Below, piece after piece: positions 54,267-63,314 of a stretch of 64,000 nt of DNA. The DNA is taken from contig JBILLS010000001.1 of the NCBI GenBank assembly GCA_044375955.1, forward strand, positions 108,912-172,911. The letters are read 5' to 3'. Positions within the stretch are counted from its first letter, which is position 1; each line of letters opens with the position of its first letter. Made by a program: the position numbers and the translations under genes. This stretch comes from Candidatus Nanopelagicales bacterium (GTDB taxonomy: Bacteria; Actinomycetota; Actinomycetes; S36-B12). A model generated the notes under the pieces. That model saw only the letters and a program-made list of their open reading frames with translations. It had not been told where the DNA came from and made no database searches.

Positions 54267-55559
54267 ATGGCCGGATCCCGGCTCGACCCGTGGGTCGAGC
54301 ACTACGCGGTGCGCGCCCGTGGCATGACGGCCTCGGAGATCCGTGCGCTGTTCTCGGTGGCCAGCCGCCCCGAGGTCGTGTCCCTTGCCGGAGGCATGCC
54401 CTACGTCTCCGCCCTCGACATGGATTCCCTAGCGGACACGGTTGCCTCGGTGATCCGCGAGTCCGGTGCGCAGGCGCTGCAGTACGGATCGGGCCAGGGT
54501 GATGTCACCCTCCGCGAGCAGATCCTCGAGGTCACGGGTGAAGTGGGGGTGCGGGCGCACCCGGACGACATCATCGTCACCACCGGATCGCAGATGGCCC
54601 TGGATCTGGTGACACGTGTGTTCTGTGATCCCGGTGACGTGGTGTTGGTCGAATCACCGTCCTATGTCGGTGCCCTGGGTGTGTTCCGCGCATACCAGTG
54701 CGATGTCCGTCACGTCGATATGGATGACAACGGTCTCGATCCGGTGGCGCTGCAGCAGGCGATCGATGATGTGCGCGCTCAGGGGAAGCGGATCAAGTTC
54801 GTCTACACGATCCCCTCGTTCCATAATCCGGCCGGCCTCTCGCAGGATCAGAAGCGGCGTGAACAGATCCTCGCCGTCGCACAGAACAACGGGATCCTGC
54901 TGCTCGAGGACGATCCCTACGGCCTACTCGGCTTCGAAGGTGTTGCACCGCAAGCGATTCGAGCGCTCGATGATCAGGGTGTTGTGTATCTAGGGAGCTT
55001 CTCCAAGACCATCGCATCGGGTCTGCGTGTGGGCTGGGCGGTGGCACCGCATGGTGTGCGGGAGAAGCTGGTCCTCGCAGCGGAAGCAGCAACGCTGTGT
55101 CCATCGAACTACGCCCAACTCACCGTCAGTCAGTACCTCGCCACCCAACCGTGGCGGCAACAGATCAAGGTCTTCCAGGAGATCTACCGCGAGCGGCGCG
55201 ACGCGTTGTTGGAGTCGATGCAGGCGATGATGCCGGAGGGCACTCGGTGGACCATTCCCGCCGGTGGTTTCTACTCCTGGGTCACGCTGCCCGATGGACT
55301 CGATGCCACGAGCATGCTGCCGCGCGCGGTCGCGGCACTCGTCGCCTACGTGCCTGGGACCGGCTTCTTCATCGACGGGCAGGGGCGGCAGAACCTGCGC
55401 CTGTCGTACTGCTACCCGGAGCCGGACCGCATCCGCGAGGGTGTGCGCCGTCTCGCCGGCGTCATCGAGACCGAACTCGACCTCGCCCGCACCTTCGGTA
55501 CGGCGGAGTCGCTGCACCAACCCACGGGTGAGTCCACACCGGCACCGGATCTGGCCTGA
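54267..55559 (+). CDS. PLP-dependent aminotransferase (class I/II, ARO8/LysN-like)
   Basis: 430 aa with the PLP-lysine motif SFSKTIASGLRVGW and the overall fold-type I aminotransferase pattern. Confidence 0.8.
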   Translation: MAGSRLDPWVEHYAVRARGMTASEIRALFSVASRPEVVSLAGGMPYVSALDMDSLADTVASVIRESGAQALQYGSGQGDVTLREQILEVTGEVGVRAHPDDIIVTTGSQMALDLVTRVFCDPGDVVLVESPSYVGALGVFRAYQCDVRHVDMDDNGLDPVALQQAIDDVRAQGKRIKFVYTIPSFHNPAGLSQDQKRREQILAVAQNNGILLLEDDPYGLLGFEGVAPQAIRALDDQGVVYLGSFSKTIASGLRVGWAVAPHGVREKLVLAAEAATLCPSNYAQLTVSQYLATQPWRQQIKVFQEIYRERRDALLESMQAMMPEGTRWTIPAGGFYSWVTLPDGLDATSMLPRAVAALVAYVPGTGFFIDGQGRQNLRLSYCYPEPDRIREGVRRLAGVIETELDLARTFGTAESLHQPTGESTPAPDLA

Positions 55560-56488
55560 TGCGCGTTCTCGTCCTGGCCGGTGGCCTGTCCCCGGAACGC
55601 GATGTGTCGCTGCGATCAGGACGCCGCGTCGCCGAATCTCTGCGCCTGGCGCGCCCGGAGTGGGAGATCGCCGAGGCCGACGTCGACGCCACGCTGCTCG
55701 ACACCCTCACCAGCCACCCGCCCGACGCGGTGGTCCCACTCCTGCACGGTGCCGCCGGTGAGGATGGGTCGCTGCGTGATCTGCTCGATGCCCTCGGTAT
55801 CGCCTATCTCGGTGCCGACGGTTCCGGTGGTCGCATGGCCTTCGACAAGCCGGTCGCGAGCACCCTGATCCGCGCATCGGGAATCGATGTCCCCGCCTTC
55901 CTGGTCCTACCCCAGACCACCTTCCGGGAACTCGGCGCCGCACGCGTGATGTCCGCCATCGGTGCGCACATCGGTTTCCCTCTCGTGGTGAAGCCGACCC
56001 GCGGTGGCAGTGCACTGGGAGTCGCGATCGTGCACGCCGAGAGCGAGCTTCCCGCCGCACTCGTCGGTGCCTTCTCCTACGCGGACACCGCGATGGTGCA
56101 GGCGTATGTGGGCGGTACCGAGATCGCCGCCGGAGTCATCGACATCGACGGTGCGCCCACCGCACTCCCGCTGGTCGAGATCGTCCCCGATGGCGCGCTC
56201 TACGACTACACCGCCCGCTACACGGCGGGCACGACGGAGTTCTTCTGTCCAGCCCGGGTTGAGGACTCGATCACGGCCCGGGTCCACGAGGTCGCCCTGC
56301 GCGCGCACGCTCTGCTCGGTCTTCGCCATATCTCCCGGACCGACGTGATCGTCGATGAGGCGGGGCGAGTCTGGTACCTGGAGACCAATGCAGCACCGGG
56401 AATGACGGAGACCTCACTCATGCCCCAGGCGCTGAGCGCTGCAGGTCTCGATGCAGGCGAAACCCTCGCCCGCATCCTGGCGTCCTAG
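55559..56488 (+). CDS. D-alanine--D-alanine ligase family ATP-grasp protein
   Basis: 309 aa with MRVLVLAGGLSPERDVSLRSG, GEDGSLRDLLDALGI and C-terminal ETNAAPGMTETSL, which parallel the DdlB motifs. TGATG coupling to the aminotransferase. Confidence 0.8.
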   Translation: MRVLVLAGGLSPERDVSLRSGRRVAESLRLARPEWEIAEADVDATLLDTLTSHPPDAVVPLLHGAAGEDGSLRDLLDALGIAYLGADGSGGRMAFDKPVASTLIRASGIDVPAFLVLPQTTFRELGAARVMSAIGAHIGFPLVVKPTRGGSALGVAIVHAESELPAALVGAFSYADTAMVQAYVGGTEIAAGVIDIDGAPTALPLVEIVPDGALYDYTARYTAGTTEFFCPARVEDSITARVHEVALRAHALLGLRHISRTDVIVDEAGRVWYLETNAAPGMTETSLMPQALSAAGLDAGETLARILAS

Positions 56489-57408
56489 TCGATCAGGTCG
56501 ACGATCCGGCGTAGATCCTCGATATCGGCGCACTCGATCACGAGCTGACCACGTGAGGTCGATGTCGCGAAACCCGTTGCGCTGCAACGAGTATCCAGGG
56601 CATCACCGGTGCGCGACGTCAACTCGTCGACCACCTCGCCGACCTTCGCCTCGCGCTGCTTGCGTCGCCGCTCCTTCTTTTCGCGCACGTTTCCGTCGGC
56701 TTCACCGAGGATGATCAACTCCTCGACGCTGCGCACACTCAATCCCTCGGCGACGATGCGCGCCGCCAGGTTCTCCATCGCCGCCTCGTTATCGAGGGAG
56801 AGCAGGGCACGTGCGTGGCCCGCGCTCAAGACGCCCGCCGCCACGCGGTTCTGCACGGAGGGTGGAAGCTTCAACAGCCGCAACGTGTTCGAGATCTGTG
56901 GGCGTGAGCGTCCGATGCGTGCGGCCAACTCCTCCTGGGTGCAACCGAAGTCACTGAGCATCTGCGAATACGCCGCCGCCTCTTCCAGGGCATTGAGATT
57001 CGATCGATGCAGGTTCTCCAGGAGTGCATCGCGCAGCATGACCGCGTCGTCGGTGTGACGCACGAGTGCAGGGATGGTGTCCCAGCCCGCCTCGATCGCC
57101 GCGCGTAGTCGTCGCTCACCGGCGACCAGCTCATAGCCGTCGTCCCGCGGCCGCACCACGATCGGTTGGAGGAGACCCACCTCACGTAGGGAGAACACGA
57201 GTTCCGCGAGGTCCTCCGTGTCGAAGACGCGGCGCGGCTGCTGCGGATTCGGTGACACACGCGCGATCGCGATCTCCGCGTACCCGACCGCCGGTTGCGT
57301 CGCCGGCTCCACCGGCGTGGTCACCGAGCGTGTGACTGGTGCAGGTGTCGCCGTGGGTTCGGTCGGGATGAGTGCCCCGAGGCCCTTACCGAGTCCCTTC
57401 TTCGCCAT
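56485..57408 (-). CDS. parB: chromosome partitioning protein ParB
   Basis: 307 aa with the ParB box PNPQQPRR...LLQPIVVR...YELVAGERRLRAA and an HTH domain. Confidence 0.95.
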   Translation of the reverse strand: MAKKGLGKGLGALIPTEPTATPAPVTRSVTTPVEPATQPAVGYAEIAIARVSPNPQQPRRVFDTEDLAELVFSLREVGLLQPIVVRPRDDGYELVAGERRLRAAIEAGWDTIPALVRHTDDAVMLRDALLENLHRSNLNALEEAAAYSQMLSDFGCTQEELAARIGRSRPQISNTLRLLKLPPSVQNRVAAGVLSAGHARALLSLDNEAAMENLAARIVAEGLSVRSVEELIILGEADGNVREKKERRRKQREAKVGEVVDELTSRTGDALDTRCSATGFATSTSRGQLVIECADIEDLRRIVDLID

Positions 57409-57416
57409 CGCTCCTC

Positions 57417-58184
57417 CTAATGTCCGACCAGTGCGAATTGCTCGGCGGCCTCGCGGTAGGCGACCGCACCGGACGAGGACGGGTCGTAGGTGAGGATCGT
57501 CTGTCCATGGCTTGGCGCCTCCGACAGACGCACCGACCTCGGGATGATCGTGGTGAGCACGCGGGCGCCGAAGTGGGTGCGCACCTCCTCGGCGACCTGC
57601 CCGGCGAGCCGGGTGCGCCCGTCATACATCGTGAGGATGATCGCTCCGACACCAAGGTCCGGATTAAGGTGACTTTTCACCATATCTACCGTTTTGAGTA
57701 GTTGAGAGAGCCCTTCCAGGGCGTAGTACTCGCACTGGATGGGCAGCAGCACCTCGCGGGCACCCACCAGGGCGTTGAGGGTGAGGAGGCCGAGGCTGGG
57801 TGGGCAGTCGATGAAGACGTAGTCGTACTCTCGATCGAGGTCCTCCAGTGCGGACCGCAGGGCGAACTCGCGCCGCTCCTGAGCGACCATCTCGATCTCT
57901 GCACCCGCCAGATCGACATCGGCAGGGGCGCAATCCAGCCCGGGCACATCCGGGCACGGGAGGATCACATCCTCCAGCTCGGCCTCCCCGATCATCACCT
58001 CGTACATTCCCGGGGACTCCGACTCCCGGTCGTATCCCAGGGCGGTCGACGCATTCCCCTGGGGGTCTAGGTCGATCACTAGGACGCGGGTTGTCTCCGA
58101 GGCGAGGGAGGCGGCCATGTTCACCGCGGTCGTGGTTTTGCCGACCCCGCCCTTCTGGTTGGCCACCGCGATGATCCGGGTCAT
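57417..58184 (-). CDS. parA: chromosome partitioning ATPase ParA/Soj
   Basis: Deviant Walker A NQKGGVGKTTT. I chose ATG 58182-58184 because a non-coding-looking repeat begins at 58199. The longest (GTG) start is at 58217. Confidence 0.9.
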   Translation of the reverse strand: MTRIIAVANQKGGVGKTTTAVNMAASLASETTRVLVIDLDPQGNASTALGYDRESESPGMYEVMIGEAELEDVILPCPDVPGLDCAPADVDLAGAEIEMVAQERREFALRSALEDLDREYDYVFIDCPPSLGLLTLNALVGAREVLLPIQCEYYALEGLSQLLKTVDMVKSHLNPDLGVGAIILTMYDGRTRLAGQVAEEVRTHFGARVLTTIIPRSVRLSEAPSHGQTILTYDPSSSGAVAYREAAEQFALVGH

Positions 58185-58198
58185 GGGCGCTCGCCGGT

Positions 58199-58291
58199 CG
58201 GCCAGCCCAGGCCGCACGGGCGACCTGCGGGGGTGTGTGTTTCACGGGAAACGCCCGGCCAGCCCAGGCCTGAAGGCCGAGTTGCGGGGGT
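58199..58291. repeat. two 36-nt homologous segments spaced 57 nt apart, upstream of parA
   Basis: CGGCCAGCCCAGGCC-N12-TGCGGGGGT occurs at 58199-58234 and again at 58256-58291. The parS-like site lies between them. Confidence 0.6.
58238..58253. promoter_or_regulatory. parS-like site
   Basis: TGTTTCACGGGAAACG against the consensus TGTTTCACGTGAAACA (2 mismatches), in the rsmG-parA intergenic region. Confidence 0.65.
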
Positions 58292-58317
58292 CCTAGCCGA
58301 GGGGGTGTTCATCGCGG

Positions 58318-58944
58318 TCATTGTGCCGCAGGGACCACCACGACGGTAGTCGGTGGGTCCACCACCCCGGCCCCGCACACGACCACCCGTGCCTGGGACA
58401 GACCAGAGGCCTCGATCTCCTCCTGGGCCGAGGCCCCCTTGAGGGCGAGCAGCACCCCTCCGGGGGCGAGTAGCGGCAGGGTCCAGGAGGCGAGCTTGGT
58501 CAGTGGAGCGACGGCCCGGGCGGTCGCGACCCCGACCGGGACCCACCCCGTGCGGACCAGGTCCTCGGCCCTGCCCCGCTCCACCCGCACCCGGACCTCG
58601 AGGTCCAGGACCTCGAGGGCCTCGGTCAGGAAGGTGGCCCGGCGCAGCAGGGGCTCGACCAGGATGCACTGAATGTCGGGTCGGGCAATCGCCCAGACCA
58701 GGCCGGGGAGCCCGGCCCCGGATCCGACGTCGGCCACGGTCGTGCCCTCCGGGATGAGTCCCAGGCTGGGGTCGGCCACCACGGCACAGTTCAGGATGTG
58801 TCGGTCCCAGAGGCGCTCGGCCTCACGTGGGCCGATCAGGCCACGGTCGATTCCGGGGCCGGCAAGGAGGTCGTGGTAGGCCTCCAGCCCCTGCCGGGCG
58901 GGCTCGAGCCACCCGGGCAGTGTGGGGGTTTCCCGTGAAACCAC
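58318..58944 (-). CDS. rsmG: 16S rRNA (guanine527-N7)-methyltransferase RsmG
   Basis: SAM motif [13 protein letters not shown] chose GTG 58942-58944, 1 nt after the jag stop. The longest ORF start (58986) would overlap jag by 41 nt. Confidence 0.9.
   Translation of the reverse strand: MVSRETPTLPGWLEPARQGLEAYHDLLAGPGIDRGLIGPREAERLWDRHILNCAVVADPSLGLIPEGTTVADVGSGAGLPGLVWAIARPDIQCILVEPLLRRATFLTEALEVLDLEVRVRVERGRAEDLVRTGWVPVGVATARAVAPLTKLASWTLPLLAPGGVLLALKGASAQEEIEASGLSQARVVVCGAGVVDPPTTVVVVPAAQ
58927..58942. promoter_or_regulatory. parS-like site at the rsmG 5' end
   Basis: GGTTTCCCGTGAAACC, whose core GTTTCCCGTGAAAC has 1 mismatch to GTTTCACGTGAAAC. It encodes the VSRET peptide of RsmG. Confidence 0.65.
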
Positions 58945-58945
58945 G

Positions 58946-59422
58946 CTAGGGGAGCCGCACCACGATGCGCCGGTTGGGTTCCTCACCCTCGGATTCGCTC
59001 ACCAGTCCGGCAGCGGTGACCACGTCGTGCACCACCTTGCGCTCGAACGGGTTCATCGGCTCGAGCTTCAGGGGGGCCGCCGTCCGCTGGACCTCGGCCA
59101 CCGCGGCCGCGGCGACCTCCTCGAGGGCGACACGCTTGGCTGCACGGAAACCCGCGATATCCAACATGAGTCGCGAGCGCTCCCCGGTCTCCCGTGAGGC
59201 GGCCAGGCGGGTCAACTCCTGCAGGGCGTCGAGAACCTCGCCGTCCTGCCCCACCAGGTCCTTCAGGTCCCCGGGGTTGACCTCCAGCACGGAGACCATG
59301 GCCCGGTCCCCCTCGACGTCGATGTCGATATCCCCGTCGAGGTCGGCGATGTCGAGGAGTCCCTCGAGATAGTCCGCGGCGGCGTCGCCCTCGCGATCGA
59401 GCAGCGTCTGTTCCTCACTCAT
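58946..59422 (-). CDS. jag: Jag/KhpB-type RNA-binding protein (KH + R3H domains)
   Basis: I moved the start to ATG 59420-59422 ([13 protein letters not shown]). The C-terminal R3H region is [10 protein letters not shown]...PNRRIVV. The longest ORF adds 52 Arg-rich codons that overlap yidC. Confidence 0.85.
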   Translation of the reverse strand: MSEEQTLLDREGDAAADYLEGLLDIADLDGDIDIDVEGDRAMVSVLEVNPGDLKDLVGQDGEVLDALQELTRLAASRETGERSRLMLDIAGFRAAKRVALEEVAAAAVAEVQRTAAPLKLEPMNPFERKVVHDVVTAAGLVSESEGEEPNRRIVVRLP

Positions 59423-59435
59423 GATGCTCCTAGGC

Positions 59436-60383
59436 CTACTTCTTGCGTCGTTTGCTGCGGGGTTGCCGCTTCGGCTGCACCCGTGCTTGGTTTTCCGACG
59501 GAGTGTCGGGAAGTTCCTCGGGGACCTCGCCCTTCCGCACAGCCTTCTTCTTGGCCTTCTCCGCCTTACGCGCCTCAAAGGCGTCGAAGGCGGGGGTTCC
59601 CGGCTGTGGGTTGTTGCGGATCACATAGAACTGCTGGCCCATCGTCCAGATGTTCGTGGTGAACCAGTAGATGAGAACACCGATCGGGAAATTGATGCCA
59701 CCCACCGCGAAGACCACCGGGAAGATGTAGAGCAGGATCTTCTGCTGCCGCACCATCGGGTTGTCCGGTGCCGTGTTCTTCACGATCAGCTGACGCTGCG
59801 TGATGAACGTCGTCGCCGACATCGCAATGATCAGGAAGATTGCGAGGACGCGGGTTGCAATCGGGTTCGGGGTTTCATCGGCCAGCCACAGCGTTCCGTA
59901 CAACGGCACACCGAAGATCTGCGCGTCGTGCGCGAGTGGCAGCAGGTCCGCGTAGTCGGCCCATGCGAACACCCCGGGGGCTACGTACTCCTTGTTGTCC
60001 GGTGAGTACATCGCCACGCCCTGCAGCACTGTGAACAGGGCGAAAAAGATCGGTGCCTGCAGAAGAATCGGCAGGCAGGACGCGAGCGGATTCGTGCCCG
60101 TCTCCTTGTAGAGCTTCATCATTTCCTGGCTCTGCCGCTCGCGGTCACCCGCGTACTTCTTCTGGATCTCCTTCATCTTCGGTTGGATGATCTGGAGACC
60201 GCGCTGCGCCTTGATCTGCTTGACGAAAAGCGGAATCAGCAGAATGCGGATCACGACGACGAGACCCATGATCGACAGCGTCCACGACCAGCCACTCGCC
60301 GGATCCATCACGACGCTGAACAGCGAGTGGAACTGCACGAGAATCCAGCTCACGGCGATCTTCAGCCAGTCGAGGATGAACAT
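59436..60383 (-). CDS. yidC: membrane protein insertase YidC
   Basis: 315 aa with 5 TM segments and a basic C-terminal tail (KRQPRSKRRKK), in the conserved position. Confidence 0.9.
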   Translation of the reverse strand: MFILDWLKIAVSWILVQFHSLFSVVMDPASGWSWTLSIMGLVVVIRILLIPLFVKQIKAQRGLQIIQPKMKEIQKKYAGDRERQSQEMMKLYKETGTNPLASCLPILLQAPIFFALFTVLQGVAMYSPDNKEYVAPGVFAWADYADLLPLAHDAQIFGVPLYGTLWLADETPNPIATRVLAIFLIIAMSATTFITQRQLIVKNTAPDNPMVRQQKILLYIFPVVFAVGGINFPIGVLIYWFTTNIWTMGQQFYVIRNNPQPGTPAFDAFEARKAEKAKKKAVRKGEVPEELPDTPSENQARVQPKRQPRSKRRKK

Positions 60384-60397
60384 GTGCTCCGTCCGAG

Positions 60398-60709
60398 TTA
60401 GCGGGGTCGTCCGTCGGGATACACGTCAGGACGCCACTTGCCAGGTGACGGTACCGGGTCCAATCCCCCACCGTTCCAGGGGTTGCACCGCAGTAGTCGC
60501 CAGACGGCCAAGGCTAGGCCCTTGGCGGATCCATGCCGACGGATGGATGTGAGGGCGTAGGTCGAGCAACTCGGGTGGAACCTGCACGTGGGCGGCATCA
60601 CCGGGGAGATCACCAGTTGGTAGGCGCGGATCGGGACGATGAGGACCCACATCAGGACCCAGCCGATGCTGTGGTCCCAGACCCACAGCAGGCCGCGGCC
60701 GACCTTCAT
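60398..60709 (-). CDS. yidD: membrane protein insertion efficiency factor YidD
   Basis: Contains CRFHPSCSTYALTSIRRHG and RCNPW, the YidD signature. ATGA overlap with rnpA. Confidence 0.85.
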   Translation of the reverse strand: MKVGRGLLWVWDHSIGWVLMWVLIVPIRAYQLVISPVMPPTCRFHPSCSTYALTSIRRHGSAKGLALAVWRLLRCNPWNGGGLDPVPSPGKWRPDVYPDGRPR

Positions 60710-61047
60710 GACCAGACAGCCCGCACCGCGGCGAAGGCAGCGCGGACGTCGTCCGCGAGCGACGGGGAACTCGCCGCACCGGGGAGGCCACGCACCACCC
60801 AGAGCGAGCCGTCGGGGAGTTCTGCCACGAGGTGGGAGACCGCTCCACGGATCCTGCGGGACACCGCATGCCGCTGCACCGAGTTCCCCACGTTCCGTCC
60901 GACCGCGAGCCCGATACGTGCGGGCCCGGTGGCGCCAGCAGGGCGGTATCCGCTCACGACGACACAGCCGCGGGAGCGCCGGGTCCCGGCGCGGGTGGTG
61001 GTGGTGAAGTCCTTGGCCGCACGAAGGCGGTTTGATGCCGGCAACAT
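60706..61047 (-). CDS. rnpA: ribonuclease P protein component
   Basis: 113 aa, basic, with the LPASNRLR start and VGNSVQRHAVSRRIR (RNR-like motif). It lies between rpmH and yidD. Confidence 0.9.
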   Translation of the reverse strand: MLPASNRLRAAKDFTTTTRAGTRRSRGCVVVSGYRPAGATGPARIGLAVGRNVGNSVQRHAVSRRIRGAVSHLVAELPDGSLWVVRGLPGAASSPSLADDVRAAFAAVRAVWS

Positions 61048-61058
61048 GCCGGCACCTC

Positions 61059-61193
61059 TCAGGCCGACAGCCGAGCGCGGCCCTTGCTGCGGCGCGCAGC
61101 GAGAATGGCGCGTCCGGCCCGGGTCTGCATGCGCGCCCGGAAGCCGTGCGTCTTGGCGCGACGACGGTTGTTGGGCTGGAAGGTGCGCTTCAT
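61059..61193 (-). CDS. rpmH: 50S ribosomal protein L34
   Basis: I moved the start to ATG 61191-61193. The product [44 protein letters not shown] (44 aa) is canonical L34. Confidence 0.95.
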   Translation of the reverse strand: MKRTFQPNNRRRAKTHGFRARMQTRAGRAILAARRSKGRARLSA

Positions 61194-61324
61194 GGCAGGA
61201 CTCCTGGACGTCTGGGGGAGAGAGCCTGGAAAGGGTACGGGGCCGCGGCCACGGGGGTCAAACGGGCCCCAGGGTGCGCCCGCCGCCCTCGGGCGGACCT
61301 TCCAGATAAATCGGACACGGGCTT

Positions 61325-61391
61325 GTGTCCACAGGTGATCGGCAGATAGGTTTGCCCTCTGCTCCACATCTGTGGATAACGGTGTGGACAA
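61325..61391. promoter_or_regulatory. DnaA boxes in the dnaA promoter region
   Basis: GTGTCCACA (61325-61333, 1 mismatch), TGTGGATAA (61371-61379, reverse complement of TTATCCACA) and TGTGGACAA (61383-61391, reverse complement of TTGTCCACA). Confidence 0.7.
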
Positions 61392-61421
61392 GTTCCGGAC
61401 AACACAGGAGGCTGCCCTGCC

Positions 61422-62834
61422 ATGACCACTGCGCCTGACTTCGCGGACGTCTGGACCCGGGCCATCTCGGACCTGTCGGAGACCTCCCTCACCGCGCAGC
61501 AGCGCGCCTTCGTGACCCTCACCTCCCCTCTCGGCCTCGTCGGGGACACCGCCCTGGTCGCCGCACCGAATGAGTTCACCAAGGACGTCCTCGAGACCCG
61601 GCTGCGGCCACTCGTGGTCAATGCGATCTCCGAACTCCTCGGTCAGCCGGTGCGCCTTGCGGTCACGGTCGATCCGTCCCTGGCTCGTGCACTCGACGAC
61701 GAGACCGACGAGGTAGCGGACGCCACCTACGCGGAAGAGGCGGTCGTCGAGGAGCCGGTGCGCCCTGGAACGGGATCCCCGAGCACGCGCGATGTCGATG
61801 GTCGACTAAACGACAAGTACGTATTCGACACGTTCGTGATCGGCTCATCGAACCGGTTCGCGCATGCGGCGGCGGTCGCCGTGGCCGAGCAGCCGGCGCG
61901 CGCCTACAACCCGCTGTTCATCTACGGTGGATCCGGGTTGGGTAAGACCCACCTGTTGCACGCGATCGGCCACTACACGCGCACGCTCTACAAAGGCACG
62001 CACGTCCGCTACATCAGCTCCGAGGAATTCACCAATGAATTCATCAACTCGATCCGCGACGACAAGGCAGCGAACTTCCAGCGCCGTTACCGTGACATCG
62101 ACGTTTTGCTCGTGGACGACATCCAGTTCCTGAGTGGAAAAGTCCAGACGCAGGAAGAGTTTTTCCATACCTTCAACACCCTGCACAACGCCAATAAGCA
62201 GATCGTCATCACATCCGATCTGCCGCCTAAGCAGTTGCAGGACTTCGAGGATCGGATGCGCTCCCGGTTCGAGTGGGGCCTGATCACCGACGTGCAGCCG
62301 CCGGACCTCGAGACCCGTATCGCCATCCTTCGGAAGAAGACCGTGCAGGAGCGTCTCGTGGCACCCCCGGAGGTTCTGGAGTACATCGCGTCGAAGATCG
62401 CGACGAATATTCGAGAACTCGAAGGTGCCCTCATCCGTGTGACGGCATTCGCCTCCCTCAACCGTCAGCCCGTCGACCTCGCGATCACCGAGGCGGTGCT
62501 CAAGGACCTCCTGCCGAACGAGGCTGGACCAGAGATCACCGCGGCGCAGATCATGGCTGCGACCGCGCAGTACTTCGGTGTGACGGTGGACGACCTGTGC
62601 GGATCGAGCCGATCGCGGGTGCTGGTGACCGCGCGGCAGATCGCCATGTACCTGTGCCGGGAGTTGACCGATCTCTCACTTCCGAAGATCGGACAGGCTT
62701 TCGGTGGTCGTGATCACACGACGGTGATGCACGCCGACCGCAAGATCCGGCAGTTGATGGCCGAGCGCCGCAGTCTGTTCAACCAGGTCACCGACCTGAC
62801 CAGTCGGATCAAGTCGCAGCCGCGACCGCTCTAA
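61422..62834 (+). CDS. dnaA: chromosomal replication initiator DnaA
   Basis: 470 aa with AAA+ Walker [12 protein letters not shown] and a C-terminal DNA-binding domain ([12 protein letters not shown]). Confidence 0.97.
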   Translation: MTTAPDFADVWTRAISDLSETSLTAQQRAFVTLTSPLGLVGDTALVAAPNEFTKDVLETRLRPLVVNAISELLGQPVRLAVTVDPSLARALDDETDEVADATYAEEAVVEEPVRPGTGSPSTRDVDGRLNDKYVFDTFVIGSSNRFAHAAAVAVAEQPARAYNPLFIYGGSGLGKTHLLHAIGHYTRTLYKGTHVRYISSEEFTNEFINSIRDDKAANFQRRYRDIDVLLVDDIQFLSGKVQTQEEFFHTFNTLHNANKQIVITSDLPPKQLQDFEDRMRSRFEWGLITDVQPPDLETRIAILRKKTVQERLVAPPEVLEYIASKIATNIRELEGALIRVTAFASLNRQPVDLAITEAVLKDLLPNEAGPEITAAQIMAATAQYFGVTVDDLCGSSRSRVLVTARQIAMYLCRELTDLSLPKIGQAFGGRDHTTVMHADRKIRQLMAERRSLFNQVTDLTSRIKSQPRPL

Positions 62835-63314
62835 CGACACATCGGTATCACCCGTGCACTCCATCCCCATCTTGTCCCCAGTTGTGCATACACTTTGTGG
62901 ATATACCTGGGGATAAGTGCCCCTTTGGGGCCCGTTCTAAGCCGTTTCGTCCTATTTTCATCCGCTGTTTCCACGGTTGGGGAAACTCTGTGGACAAGAT
63001 CGATGCAGATTCGTCATCCGAGGGTGCCGCTGGGGATCACGCCTGGTCCGCCCGTGGATCATTTCGCTCGGTCGTGGGCCGCTGGGGAGAACCGGGTCGG
63101 TCATACACACCGGCTCCACAATCCATCCCCAGCCGAATTCGGGTCGATCAAGCGTGGATCGCTCGATATCCCCAGAACCCACAGCACCTATGACGACGAT
63201 GAGAGATATACAGGAAGGAAATAACAACAACCTTCACCGCATGCGGTGTGGATCGAGGACTGCCCAGAGTCACAGATCCCTTGTAATGTCTGACCCCTAT
63301 CGCTGGGAGGCGCT
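62835..63314. other. oriC (dnaA-dnaN intergenic origin)
   Basis: A 480-nt non-coding gap with a perfect box TGTGGACAA (62989-62997). One-mismatch boxes are TTGTCCCCA (62872), TGTGGATAT (62896) and TGGGGATAA (62908), and more than 8 weaker TCCACA/TCCCCA cores follow. An AT-rich stretch lies at 63201-63232. Confidence 0.8.
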
